Shown here: positions 25,236 through 39,343 of the stretch, piece by piece
Numbering within the stretch: position 1 is the stretch's first letter
Layout of the letters: every line of letters begins with the position of its first letter
From: Paramecium tetraurelia
Taxonomy: Eukaryota
Assembly: GCA_000165425.1 (NCBI GenBank)
Contig: CT868385.1
Location: 62,001-126,000, forward strand
DNA length: 64,000 bases
Direction of reading: 5' to 3'
Notes under the pieces: generated by a model
What the model was told of the DNA's origin: nothing
The model's database searches: none
Seen by the model: only the letters and a program-made list of their open reading frames with translations
Made by a program: the position numbers and the translations under genes

Positions 25236-25823
25236 TCATTATATAGAAAAGAAATCAGATGGAAATCCTTTAATATTGTTGATTTTTGGTTTCTATCGAA
25301 TCTAAGGTGCTTTTACCTTCTGGAAAATATCTTTCAATTATTGTGTATTTAATAAAAGTAAATCCAATATCTTATTATTCTTCTATTACTCGCATTCTTG
25401 GAATTTGTTAATTTTCTGTTCTTTGCCCATAAATTATATGTTTGGTGATTTTAATGGATTCTAATCCTCAAGTTTTCGTTCTCTTGTTGTTCGAGTAGTT
25501 TAAATTTGAATAAAATTGGCCAGATCTGAATCACTTTATATAGTTAATTAGCTGGCTTTTCTAAAGAGATGTTTTGGCTCAGAATCAAGAGACATTTATT
25601 ATATTCGAGTTATTCTTTTATTTTTAGGATCGAGTAATTTTTCATTCTTTTCTGTGCCATTCACAGTATGAATACGTGCACTCTAACCCACGTGTTAGAG
25701 CTTAGAGGATGTGGGAGTATTGGGAATAGATTTAGTTTTATTAACATTTATTTTGTCTCCTTTAAGCAGTAGTGTCTTATTAGATTTTTTTTTAGATAAA
25801 CTTTCTTATTATTTGAAGTTCAT
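25236..25823 (-). CDS. Hypothetical protein
   Basis: Uninterrupted code-6 ORF MNFKQQESLSKKK...ILDLLLLNTQQLKDIF...NIKGFPSDFFSIQ*. Confidence 0.65.
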
Positions 25824-25861
25824 CTGTTAATAATAATATAATAATAACATATAATAGATCA

Positions 25862-27342
25862 TCAAGCATTATCATAAAAATGTTGAAGCATATTTAATAA
25901 TTCAATCTCTCCATTTAAACATTTTAATGTAATCACTCTAGCTTTTTCTTGTAAGGCATCTGAATTCGGTGGTATTTGAAAACCAGCCTTTGCAGATAAA
26001 TGAAGATTCAAATCTTGGAATGTCTCTAAGATCTGAGTAGGAGAATGATTAATAATAAAATTTATTATGATAAGTACTGTGATTCCTGAAATTGAAATTC
26101 ACAACCAAAAAATAAATAAAGTAAGATGCATCCTATTGAATAAATGTCAGTCTTCTCTGTAAACAATGGCATCTCCTCTTCAATTACTTATTTGGCCATA
26201 TATTTTATATCAAATAGTCTTTGTCGAACTGCAGATCAAAATCAATGATCACTGGCATACGAGTGTCTCCATCAATCAGGATATTATTCGGATGTAAATT
26301 ACAAAAGATCACCTCATTTTGATGTAAATAATATATGGCATCTATGATCTACACTGCCATATGCCATTTCTCTTTTGTTGAAATCTTGTTCTTTTAAAGG
26401 AAAGTTCTTAAATTATAATTATATTTTTAAGTTAAGATACAGATTTAACCACTTAAATTTGTTTCTTAAGGATCTTCGATATTATATCCTATAATAGTTC
26501 TAATATTTTAGTGATCTAAATTAAAAAACTTTTTCACCAATTTAAAATATTAACCAATCTGATCATAATTCATACAAGCCAATGTTTTATAAGTCTAACC
26601 TTTCCTTAATATTTACCTAAGCTTATCTACCCGTCTCTATTGCTTTTACTTATAAATTAAACTTCAGAGATTTCTTACTATTATACCAAATTCAACTTAG
26701 AATATCTGATTTTATTTTCAAAAATCGATGAATCTTGATTTCTGCAATTGTATCTCATCTAGTAATTTAAAATTTGAGGCCCTTGAATAGTTTAATCAAA
26801 ATTTAACTTTTTATTTTCGCTGTTTAAATAAAGACTTTAGTTTTGTTAGATTGAATCTATGATCTTCTTTTGTCGAGATTGATTCAGGAATGATCTTCTA
26901 AGTTCAATCTGACTTTGCTGAATTGCTAAGAAGTTGTCTCTAGAAAGATCTAATTATTGAACTCTCTTTTAATCGAATATGCTCTGAATCTGTTTGTTTT
27001 TAAATGTAATTCTATCTCTTTATTTATCTAATCTTCTTCGAATAGAGTAGAATTAAAGTGTCCTTACTTAATTAAATTTAACTGTGCTTCGATTATAATA
27101 ACGTTTGCATTCCTCAAAGATGTTTTAATCAATCAGATTAGTATATCAGTCATGATTCTAATGATGCAACTCTAACTTAGCTTGATAGAACATATAAGCG
27201 AATGTGATAAAAGGATTTTCAGGCCAGGGGTTTTTAAGCAATAGTTTTGCTTTACATAAAAAGCAATTCTTTGATCTATTCTACTGTCGTTTCCCCAATA
27301 TATAAAGAGTGATCAATGAATTTATTAACCTATCAATTTCAT
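25862..27342 (-). pseudogene. Disrupted protein-kinase-like (pseudokinase) gene
   Basis: Kinase fold motifs LDHQNIRTIIGY, MAVQIIDAIYYLHQNEVIFCNLHPNNILID, IIDFD, KTDIYSIGCIL. Frame changes near 26610 and 26050 and in-frame TGAs upstream. The 5' boundary is approximate. Confidence 0.65.
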
Positions 27343-27549
27343 TTCCTCAATTTTTAGTTCTATTTCCTTTAATATTTTGACTCGATATTGAAAAATTAAT
27401 AATTTATGAATGACCTATTCAGCAACTTTGATATGCAATTATTTTATCACTTTAGCGTAATGCTCTGTTCTATTAAGGAAACTTAACTCTAAAATAAGTT
27501 GACGAATGGAACTCAAATATCGAATATAGTGAACTAAAATAATAAATAT

Positions 27550-30129
27550 TCATTCAGCATAGATAATATCAGGGTTCTTTTCTATTTTATTTCATAATTA
27601 AGATATATATCCAAATTTGTCTTCTTTAAACCTTTTTTCTCTTTGTTTAAACCAATTGATTGATATAAGCTTTCGATTTGCATTCAAAATGAGGAAATCT
27701 ATTGCCGAGGTTGAACCATCCTTTTTTTATCATAGGAATAATTTTTTAATGGAAGGATCCATCGCATTCAATCATAATGTCCAATTTAGGTATCCAATAA
27801 TCATAGAATAGGATCCATCAGAGTATTCTTTAATAGATTGAATAACTTTAGATTATAGAAAATCTTCAAAGTCACTATTTATTTCATTTGTTCTTCCTGG
27901 TGCAGCATTGTTTTGACTAGATGAGGCTTTGATATTTTCTTCTTCAAGTAATTTAATGGAGTAGCATTTCAATAGAGCCTAACAGATCTTAGTTTAATTA
28001 ATTGTTTTTAGGGGTAAGCGATTTAGGCATATCCAAAATCTTTCATGGCTTCAAGCGCTTGATCAATTAAAAGTTAACCAAAATGAGGTTCCTTAATGAG
28101 TCTTTCCATGTTTTATCTAATGGGATTCAACTTGAATTAATCCATTATGCGACTGGTTTGAAAATACAAGAGAGACATCAAATAATAAGGCAGGAATTCC
28201 TTTTCCAATCGCATCTTCTTGTGAATATAAAGCATTTTTTGATTATTTTTTCTCCAACTCCCACTTTACTCAACTAACAAAAGAGAAGCTTCAAATAGGC
28301 AATTCGATTTCTTCTTCTTTGAATTAGACATTTTTTAACAGCTATTCTTCTATGAACAATGCATCTTCTTAGGGTAAGATGTCAATTAATGATTTTTCAT
28401 AATTAGAATATTCATTTTTTAATATAATTTAACTCATACATCAATCTGATAATTCTTTCTCAAAAACTCCATTTATTCATTATCATTTTTTTTAGCAGAA
28501 ATGAAACCTGTAAATTCCTCTACTCCTCTTTTTATATGTTTTTTAAGTTCCGGTATTAATGTAATTTTTTTTTGAGTTTTTTGATCAAATTATCTTAGAA
28601 TCTCAAGAATCTAAAGAATCGATACTATATTGGCTTCCTTATTAAAATGCTTTACAAATGCCTCCTGTACTTTAATAGACATCTCATTTTATGGATCATG
28701 CAGTTATATATACCTTAAGATCTCAACTAGTAATAGTTAATCCTACTATTCATTTAATTTAAGCGTTTGAATTTAGGCAAATATCAGGGGATTTTTCTGA
28801 GACACACTATTGAGAGCAGCTAAAATTCCCATAGCAGAGTAATTGTCTATATCCTTAATTCTGTTTTGAATTCCTACCAAATACTTCTCTATTATATTTT
28901 GATCTATTTTTTTAAAACTTTTAAGCACAAAAAGAATTATAGATACATGGTGTAATGGCAAATCTTTTGGTACAACTTTCTATTGTATTTTAGTCAAAAA
29001 TTATTCTTTTAGACCCTAATTTATATTCATATAATGAAGGGCCTTAAACAATTCTGCGTAACTTTAAGGATTTATAGAATCCGCATTCTCATATAAATGT
29101 CTAATTTAAAATATAATTTACTAAATTAATCGATTTCCTATTTAAGGTGTCATTTTTTTATTATCCATTATATTTACTGTTAAAGATACTACATCATATA
29201 TTGGCATTTCGTTCAAATTTCTAGAGTTGATTTCATTCAATATGAGATCCCATTTTGCAGTCAGGTCCTTACTTTTTGAAAATATGTCAATATATTAAAG
29301 AAATTCAAATGAATTTAAGGATGATAGATTTTCCAAAATGTAATTGTGGGAATTTAAATAATTAGAAAATAAATATTTTTGAATCCTTTTATCTTCAAAT
29401 TATGGCTAAATAATATTTTCAGAATATTACATATTAGTGCTTTAACATCATATAATATTTTAACAACATGAATCTACTCAAAATGTTTGTTAATTTCGGT
29501 TAAATAGTTTCAATTTTTTCAATTTAATTAATAAAACTTTCCATTATTTAATGTTCTACATTTTAAAAGATTTCTTTATGCCCCTATTCTTTTTTTCTCC
29601 ATTATAATTGCTGTATCACTATAAACAGTCTCCAAAGAAATTCTTCTGCTGTTTAGGGTGCTTATTTGAACAACTCATTTTAGAATTTAATGGATGCTTC
29701 TATACTTTAATGTAAAACCTTAAGAAACCCAGAATTCGACAATGTAGTTATGTAGAATTAGCTTTTTTATATATAAGTTGCATTCAAACCTATTTAGTTT
29801 AATACATTTTCCAAGATTTATTTATCATACACATTTTTATTTAGAGCACTTTCCACATAGCAACTAAGAGATTGTATAAATTGGTTAAACTCCTATTGGT
29901 CTAATTCTTTAAAATCTCTTCCGATTAAACTGATAAATTAAGGGAATATTCCTTTATTAAACTCCTTAGAATTGAATTGTGCAACCATGATTTATTGATA
30001 CCCGATAGATTATTTGATTCCATTATAGGTAATAGGTGTCTTTAGGCAAAGATCGAAGTATTTTGTCAACTTTTCTGTATCCTTTAAAAGAATGGATTTC
30101 CCTTAACAAAAAGCCTTAAATAATTTCAT
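27550..30129 (-). pseudogene. RAP-domain helical-repeat (FASTK/HPR-like) organellar RNA-binding protein, apparently disrupted
   Basis: C-terminal YDYWIPKLDIMIECDGSFH...DGSTSAIDFLILNANRKLISINW (RAP-like) is split by a frameshift near 27725 and followed by an early TGA. Helical repeats such as DSINPQSYAELFKALHYM and KDIDNYSAMGILAALNSV. A further frame change lies near 29430-29480. Confidence 0.6.
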
Positions 30130-30156
30130 TAAAATATATTCAATTTTAAAAATTTA

Positions 30157-32473
30157 TCATATAAACCAAGCCTCCCCAGTATGCCCGTCATTATCTAATG
30201 GCAATAAAATTTAATCAAATATAAAATTGCCACAAAAAGGACAATTCTTTTAAAAAATATCATTAAGTTCTGATTGAAATTTCTTTTATTACTCATTCCT
30301 AGCATTTCTTTAATTATTTTAAGTAATTTAATTCGAAGCAGTGAAAATCCAAAAATCGATTCATCAGACTTACTTTAGTTTGTTTGTATTTACAGTTTTT
30401 CAATATCATTTAACTATTTTCTAAATAGAGCATACTTAGATAGGTCTTCTCATCCAATACAGTTGGATTACTTTTAACATATTGAAGAATGCATTCCCTA
30501 TGAAAACCATGTGAACACTCAGAAGCAATATAATCCTCTTGGAACAGTTTTCTAAAGCAATTTTTGCATTTAGTTTTCTAGGATACAAAAATGTACCTAT
30601 TACTAGTTTGCAGCAATAGTTTTTTTAAATTTTCATTTGATTTGATGTAGCCTTCAAGCTCATTTTGCTGTTTTTCAATCTAATCATGATATTCCTCCAA
30701 AGTTTCACAGATTTCATCTATGAAATCGTCTAATTTAATATTCTAAGTCAAATAAGGTAGAATATCATCTGCCTTAATTAGGGGAATTTCTCTAGTTAAT
30801 TGAACTATCTATTTAACGTATTTGCCACCTTTCTCCAACATCAATCCAATTTATAGAATCCACAATTATCTTTATTTGTTATTGTCTTCACATTTTAATG
30901 CAATATTGCATAAATTGAATGACTAATTCTTTGCTTTTCGAAGGAACATCCAGCAAAATTGAAAGCATTTTTGTGCATCCAAGGCATCGATTTTCTTAAA
31001 TAAATCCAAAGTTTAAAGAAATATATTTGAAATATCAGAAATTCTCCTCTCTCATCAATATCACGACATTTATTAGTATTTTTTGTTGATTAAGTGAATT
31101 ATTTGATAAGAATTGGGTAGGCATATATTTTAGCACCCATCTATTCATAGTTGATTAAAAGTTATTCATAATGTTATTATGATTTGGTTTCTCTAAAAAG
31201 AAAAGAGCCTATAGAAAATTGCTCATTTGATTTAAAGGAATATCAGACGTTGGGGCTAATTTTGATAGAGCATCTTGGTATTTTAAACATTCAACTTTTT
31301 TAAGCGAATTTGATTTCGTAAAACAATTCAATCAACAAATAATAGAGATATTTGCAACTAAATTGTCATAATATGATATTTACAAGGAAGCCAAAATTTT
31401 ATTCTTAAGCTTAGTATAATATTGTTCTAATTAAAATGCACAAAAAAGATCTGCAAAAAATTAATGCCATATAAGTAATGAGATATTGCTTCGTTGATGT
31501 TATGTTGGACTTAGTATCCAATCTCGAACTATAACCTTGAAGAAAGCATCTAAATAAATTTAGATATCTCATTATTTAAATGAAAATTAATTCACAATAT
31601 ATAAATAAATCCAGTCGAATGATATAAATATTTTTCTTTGTTTTTGAGAGTCAGATTTTCAAGAATTTAAGTTTTTAATAAGTAACTTATATATGCTTTG
31701 ACTTATAATTTCATAGTAAATAAAATTTATTATTGAATTAATTAAATCAAACTTTATATTTAGATTTTCTATTCTTTGGCTTTTAAAATCGAATTTTATT
31801 ATCTTGATTCATTTTAAATCCAATAACTAATACTTTCAATATTTATAAATGATCTTCACTTACATAATTTTTAAAGTTTATTTATATTTTCAAAAAGCTC
31901 TATATTTTAAATACTCCGCAATTTTAATACGTATTGTTTGGTAATCTAAGAATAATCAAGTTTACTATCCTCATTTATAATTTCTCTAGTCATTTTTAGA
32001 TAAAACAGTAGGTTTTCAAAATAATTTTTTTAGTTAAAACTGGGTTTAACCTTCTTAATTTTAATTCTTCTCATTAAACTACATATTCCAAGGTAATGAA
32101 CGTTTGTATAAGATTTTCAAAAATTCAAAAGAACTTATTAATTTTTGTAAATTATTTGTATCATTCATTATTTAGATTACCATACAAAGTACTCCAACTT
32201 TGAAAACTGCAATTATTTAGATAAATTTAAACATTTTTGAATCTGACAACATTTTGGAATATAACAGTATTCAAATAATTGTTTAAATAACAAAATTATA
32301 ATTTATTAATCTTCTGACCTCACTCCAAAAACTAAAACTTTGAATTAATCTACAATTTAGAGATATAATTACTAAGTACCTAGTTAATCATCAAAAATTA
32401 CATAATTTTACTTGACATTATGAAGTGTGTAATTACAGAAAAAAGATAATTCAATCTAATAACGTTCATGCAT
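30157..32473 (-). pseudogene. VPS18: Vps18/Pep3 (HOPS/CORVET subunit) pseudogene
   Basis: LWILQIG...LIKADDILPYLTQNIKLDDFIDEICETLEEYHDQIE...RYIFVSQKTKCKNC...CSHGFHREC...CPFCGNFIFDQI..P matches the recalled Vps18 C-terminal RING region, broken by frameshifts and TGA. Only ~30157-31000 is recognisable. The upstream part is eroded and its boundary is a guess. Confidence 0.75.
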
Positions 32474-32614
32474 TAAATAAAACTAAAATTGATTATACCA
32501 TACTAGGTATTAAAAAGTATTCGATTATAAGTAATCCTAGTCTTGTCCTGCCACATTTAACAAAGATAAAAATAAATCTGATTCTTATAGTATTATTTTA
32601 AAAATATATTTACA

Positions 32615-34296
32615 ATGTCTAAGTTAGCAAATCGCCTGCCAGACGTAGATAATAAAAGTTTTAGAGACTAGAGATAAATCCAAGAACTCAAAAAGAAACT
32701 GGATGAACAGAAAGAAGCCTTGCAATAACTAGTAACTTTAGTCAAGGAATCTAAAACTGAATCCTATAAGCCAAGATATAAAAAGATGCCTAAATTTGAA
32801 TAGGATTAATTTACATTGGAACTTTTGGAGGAAGTGAAGACTCTTAGGAGATAGGTAAACAACATTGAAAATGGTCCTAAAGCGAATCAAGTTTAAAATC
32901 CTTTTATAATACCTCAATATTTACCTGTTCCTCATTAGCCTTAAATGTAATAAATGATGCCTCCTTACATGTACATGAATCCTTATTTTCACATGCCTCA
33001 ACCTTTGATGTATTAACAATCATAGAATCAAGCACCAAAAAAGAAGGCTGATCCTTATAAAAAATTGGTTCTGAAGATTTTATAAAAAGGCGAGCAAGAA
33101 AGTCATCGCAGTAGGAAGGATTCAATTTATAGTGATTATTCAGAGGATTACAATGATAGACAAGCAACGATCAGGAGTCGTTCGCAAAAGGATAAAAGTA
33201 AGGATTAAGCACGTGATTTGTCATAATAAAATAAAACAAGTAAGGGATCTCTGCATGATAGTTATGTGAGCAAACTTACGAGATCATTAGCTAAAATTAG
33301 ATCTAAAAAACCCAGGGAATTTACAGAGGAGTAGAAACTATTATTGAGAAGGAAACTCTGTGGAGCTTTTTGGTATATACGGATAGGGTTGGGATTATAG
33401 AAGTATTTAAAAGGAGTGTGGTTAGATCGAAGACGATAATACTATTAAAATGAAGCACAGCAATTGATAGAAAAATTTGATCATGAATTTGTAATTCAAT
33501 ATAAAATTTAGATAGAACCATAAAGAAGTATTCATATTGTTTGTTGTTGAATGTAATAAAAATAGATATTTTACTAAAAATTGGAATATCTTTGATAATA
33601 AGGATATCGAATTAAAATCTACTATAGTATTTTAAATACTGACAGTGTTGTTTAAGAAAATGTCATTTTTGACTAAGAACTCCTTGAGTGATGAACATAA
33701 ACAATTTGTAAAGAGAATCTCATCTTAAGGGGGATTCCTCTTGCCAGGACATCCCAAGTTTGTAAGTGATCGAGTACTATTGAGACCAAGTGTGACTATA
33801 GGGTAATAACATCATGTATTTAGAGAGCAATAAATGCCGAAGTAAGCAAAATGATTCAAATGGATTATGTGTACATATAGGTAATTGTGCAAAGGGTGTT
33901 ATTGATTCACGAATGGTATTCATAATACGTTAAGATTCCCAATCACAAAGAGGCCATTAAAATATTAGTATCAGTTTTACATCAGCTGTATATTGATAGA
34001 TTTAGCTATCTGAAGGTTTATGAAAATAATGATGCCATTTACAATGTAATTATAATCATAATTTTAATAAGAAATAATAAGTTGTTTATTGTGACTTCGC
34101 TTAATAGAACTATGTAGATGTTGCTATTATGATTGATGAGTCACATGAGAACTATGAACCGACAACCAATTGCTGTATTCTTGGATTAGCCACTTAGGAG
34201 GAGATGCAATAGTTATATGATCAACCTGGTTACAAAGAGTTATAAACTATGTTCAAAGATCATTGTGATTATTTTTATTCATAAATTAACTTTTGA
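32615..34296 (+). CDS. Hypothetical protein with coiled coil and Pro/Met/Gln-rich segment
   Basis: MSKLANRLPDVDNKSFRD...PQMQQMMPPYMYMNPYFHMPQP...YFYSQINF*, with several short introns. Confidence 0.75.
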
Positions 34297-34365
34297 AACG
34301 TGTATTAAAATTTCGGATAGTTCTCAGCAATACGTAATCATAATAATAATTAAATTATAATAGTG

Positions 34366-35825
34366 ATGAAATTATTAGACAACGCATTAGACTAGGACAC
34401 CCCTGATGTATATTATGAATCAACCAGTCGATATTTCTAATTAATACTGTTCTTGGGAGCTTTGGTTTCTAATATCATGTTTGGATTTTCGTTATCTCCA
34501 ATCACAAAAGAAATTTCATCCATATATGGAGTTTCCTAAACGTAATACTTATGATAGAGAACTTAGGTGGCTCTAATTGTTGAGTGTGAGCTTTACCCTA
34601 TTCTCAGCAATCATGATTATTCCAGGGAATATATTAAGCGAAAAATACGGAATATAATATAATATCAAATTAGGTATATATGGCATAAAAATGATAAGGT
34701 TGCCTTCTCACATTTATTGGATCATTAATGGCATTGCTGGTCAATTACTCATTCTGGTGGCTCTACTTGGGCGAATTGGTATCTTTGGTTGGATTCCCGT
34801 TCCGTTTGATCTCTGCATCCAAATTCACAGCTAATTGGTTTTATCCAAAGAACAGGATAATCATCATGGTTATCATAGCTCTTCTTTTCAATTCAAGCAC
34901 AGGGATCTCCATAAAGATCCCCCTATTCATATTTGGAGACTACGATGTCGAACTAGATGCCTTAAACAATTATTCCTAAGGCAGAACCTACGTCTTTTAA
35001 TTGATGGCCTTTCTCTCAGGAATAATGTTTATTACGACAGTCCCAGCTTTATTTTTCTTCAAGGCTAAGCCTAAACATCCGCCTTCCTATAGTGCATCAG
35101 AAGTACACAATCATAAATTACCTTATAGTAATGTGTAAGAGAGAATTACACCAAAGCTGCAAGGATGTTGATAAAGAATCCTGATTACTTGAAATTGGCA
35201 TTTGCATTCTCATTAATATTGGGGCCGGTCTTGTTACTCACAGTGCAAATGGAGTTTGTTGTTAAACCTTTTGGATATAATTTGGAATAAATTTCTAATG
35301 TTATTTTAGTTGGAGTGATCGCAGGGCTGATTGGAGATGTTGTTGTTGGATCCTTTGTGAAGAAGCTAGGTAAATACAAAATCGTATTGCAAATCTGCAA
35401 TGCCTCAACTACCTTTTTCTATGGTTTCCTCATACTAAGTCTAGTTATCAAAGCCCATTGGCTATTTTACATTTGCTATTTCTTTGTCTGTCTCTGTTCA
35501 AGTATTTTAGCATTGACATTTGAATTTTCATGTGAAATCAGTTTCCCAGTAAGCGAAACCTCTACTATTGCATATTTAGGATTGGTTGGAAATGGATTCA
35601 ACTTTCTATAAGCTATCCCCGAAATTCTTATACTATAAGTAAATTATTTAAGAAATTTAGATTGGCACAGAGCTCACTTCGATTGTTACTTTGATAATCA
35701 TGTTTGGAATAGGGTTGTTTGGCAATTTTATATCCTATTCTATAAATGAAAAACTGAAAAGACAATAAGTGGATAACCTTCATGATACGAAGTAAAACTT
35801 GGAATCGCAATGCGATACTGACTGA
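34366..35825 (+). CDS. Major facilitator superfamily transporter (FLVCR/SLC49-like)
   Basis: About 12 hydrophobic segments. SRYFQLILF...LSPITKEISSIYGVS, SKFTANWFYPKNR, KAKPKHPPSYSAS, FEFSCEISFPVSETST. Confidence 0.88.
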
Positions 35826-37684
35826 TTTATTTGTACATTAACATATTTTAATTATATAAAAATATACACTTACCAAATTTTAATATACTTATTAGATTAT
35901 ATTAAGTTGTATTTCATTTATCAAATGAGGCTGTTTATCATATTACACATCTATAATTCATATAATTATCCGAATTCCTCTGAAGATACTGAAATACCTA
36001 TAGTAAAATTTCGTAATTTCAGATTCGCTTAAATAATTAAAATTATAAAATTATGAATAATTATTAGTCTTTGTAAAAATATTCCCTATTTTAATAGTTC
36101 AAATCCAGTCTATGAACCAATACCAACACCTTTAACACCGTATATTTTAACTATATTTTAGAAAATATGAGGCTCTTTTTTCATCCTAAATATAAAACAC
36201 ATCTAATTCCAATGAAAACATCGACTAGTTGAAATAGGAATCCCATTAAATTAATTCAGTTAGAAAGAGTGCCTAATTTGCTAACGAAATTAGACATAGT
36301 GCCAGAAGTACTTTGAGCGAAGTGGAATTGAGAGATATCGTAAAACATAAAAATTATGTTGCCTGCCAAATATTTTGAATTAGATTAAGGATTGATTAAA
36401 ATACATTTATAGAGTAAACTCCATTAAATTTTTTCATATTTTTATATCTCCTTACATAGTCTAAAATTATATAAGAAAGTGCAGATTTTGCAACTTTTTA
36501 GACGCTCAAAACAATGAAGTAATATATTAGTAATTATTATAATTGGGAATATTGCACAATTTTAACTTATATACGCAACCAAAATCAAAAACCCAGTTAA
36601 AATGCTGATATACTATAAATAGATATAATTCAATTTTTAGCCCAACTTTTAGAATAAGTTTACTAAAGTATTGACCAATAAGTATATTTTACAAAATTTT
36701 CTCAAAATCATAAGGTGTAAATTTTGAAATGCTACTCTTAACTCTTTTTAATATAAGTTCAGTTCAAATATATTTATTTTGTGGATAAATTTAAACCAAA
36801 GAGATCCCTTACTTTAAAAATTTTGATATCATTCATGAATCCTTCATTTTCCTATTCTTAAAGATTGTAGCAATGTGAATTCACAATCAATTCTGAAAAA
36901 TTATTTAATATCTTCTATAATTTTCTATAATTTTCTTAAATTAATTAATTATCAAGCCAATTCTAACTAAAATCTCTAAATTAATCATAACCTTATATGA
37001 TCCATATACTAAGCCAAATATATTATCACAATTAAACTAGTTTTATAATCTAGTCTAATTATTAATATAAATCAATTTACATGTAGATTTCAGTCCTATA
37101 ACTCAATTATAAATCTTTTTTATAGGAGATTTTGTAAAAGGAGTGTAGATTTATGTTATTTTAGATATTATCAATGTATTGGTTTTAAATAAATTATAAC
37201 AAATTATTAATCATAATAATTAAATAACATAAATATTTTAGTTTAGGTCAAAAAATTATAATATTATGTCTTCTTTTCTTAATTCTCATATTATTATTAT
37301 TTAGGTATTTGTTAATTTCTTAAGGATCCCAAAATTTAATAATGAATAACTAAATATTTGGAAAAAATCAAAAAAATTTATTATTTTAGAAAATCTCAAT
37401 TAGCATTCTAATTTTGTGTGTGAATTTTAATTATAACTTGAAGTATATTATTAAACAATTATCATTTCATTTGACAGAAGTATTAATTATTCTATTAAAC
37501 ATGAATTTAACTATATTGGATGTATTTCAGAATATTTATCTTTCCAAAGTTTGAGAAACTTTAATTTGAGTTGGTTTAGTTAACAGTAATCACGTATCAA
37601 TTTTTATGATAAATACTTTTGTTATATATTGAGATATGAAATAAATCTAAATGGTTTTATTGATATTTAGAATTGATAAATAAT

Positions 37685-38137
37685 ATGAATCAACTTTTAT
37701 ATTTTAATGATATACAGGAGATGTAATTTTATGCTAAAAGAAATCAGCTATCATTATTCGTTTACAAGAAGGCAATTTATGATCTGACTGATTTCATCAC
37801 ACAACACCCTGGAGGTCAAATGGAAATTCAATAATTTGAAAATTAAGACGTCTCTAATATTTTATTTCAAAAATCTATTCATAAACACAAACCATATATA
37901 ATAGCAACATTATAAAACTACTTAATTGGATACATAGAAAAGCGTAATGAGCCAGTAATTCGACTAAAATCATCCCAGTTAATTATTGAAAAAACTAGAA
38001 AAGTGTTACGTGAAAGTACACTACCTTAATAACAATACGAGGATATTCCTGAAGATTGTTCAATTGAAGAGATGCCGATTCTTCAAACAAATAAAAAATT
38101 ATTTCATTCATAAAAATCAATCTAGATATAGAAGTGA
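37685..38137 (+). CDS. Cytochrome b5-like heme-binding domain protein (150 aa)
   Basis: IYDLTDFITQHPGG...DVSNILFQKSIHKH...NYLIGYI. Intronless code-6 ORF. Confidence 0.85.
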
Positions 38138-38915
38138 CTTTTAACATTGTAATATGGGTTATTTTATTATCATTTAAATATTCTCAAATTCTTATCCTAC
38201 CAATCTACATAAAGAAGCTTAGAAGTAGTATTTAAATATATATATAAACAATAATCATTCCAAAAATATAATATAATTTTATTAGACTAATTAGTATAAA
38301 ATCATAATAATTAAAAATGGATTTATCCTACAAGTTAATAAATAATCAGAATTCAATAATAATCTCAATTCTTTATTATTTAAATTTAATACATCCAGTT
38401 AAGATAGTTAAAACTATTTGATGATTAAAAAAATGTTTGATCAATTATATTAAAATGAACATTTAACACTACGATAATACTTGTTCGAAATTCGCGATTA
38501 TTTACAGAAAGTACATAAAATTCTATTCAATTTCAATCTTTAAGAATTAAAACATAATTTGTTCCCTGATTTTGAAGATAGTGAATTCCTAAAAAAGAAG
38601 TGATACAATTCTTAATAATAGTAATATCACCTTAATAAACCATGAAAATAAGCATGATCCTTCTTATATTTGAATGGATTTATAACCTTGATTTTTTTTT
38701 ATATATTTACTTAATTTTAGAGTTGGATATTTAATCTCTCAATCTCTCATTAGCTTAAAAACCTCACTAATCTAATCTTCCCTCCGTTTGTATCTTGAAA
38801 TCTTAACTAATGCCACTTTCAATGTTCTTTATTGTTTTTACACTTGAATTATGGGTTTCTTCTTAATTGAAACAATTCCCCATATTTAATAAAAAATTAA
38901 ATCCTTTTTTAAAAT

Positions 38916-39343
38916 ATGTCCCAAAAGTTCAAAGTGAGAAAGCTCAGAGAATAAAAGCCAGAAGATCTCCTCAAGGATTTAGAAAAACTCAAGGGTGAGC
39001 TCATTCAATTGAGAACAGTTAAAGTTTCAGCAGGTAATGCTTAAAAACTTGGCAGAATCGGAGTAAGACCTTAATTACTATAAATCAGCTTGTTAGAAAG
39101 AGAATCGCAAAATATTTAACAGTGATCAATGAATAAAGAAGAAATCAAGTTAAATCAACTACAAAGCATGCTTCAAATCTTCCAGTTGATCTTAGAGGAA
39201 AAAAAACCAGAGCAATCAGATAAAGATTAACAAGAAGTGAGAAAGGTAATGTTTGGCTCAATATATTTATAGCTTAAAAGACACAGAGATAATGGAAAAG
39301 ATTAAACAATTTCCCTTTGAGAAAGTTTGCTTTAAAGGAGTGA
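38916..39343 (+). CDS. RPL35: 60S ribosomal protein L35 (uL29)
   Basis: KVRKLREQKPEDLLKDLEKLKGELIQLRTVKV...VRKRIAKYLTVIN...PVDLRGKKTRAIR...FPLRKFALKE*. Introns 39063-39088 and 39246-39272. Confidence 0.97.
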
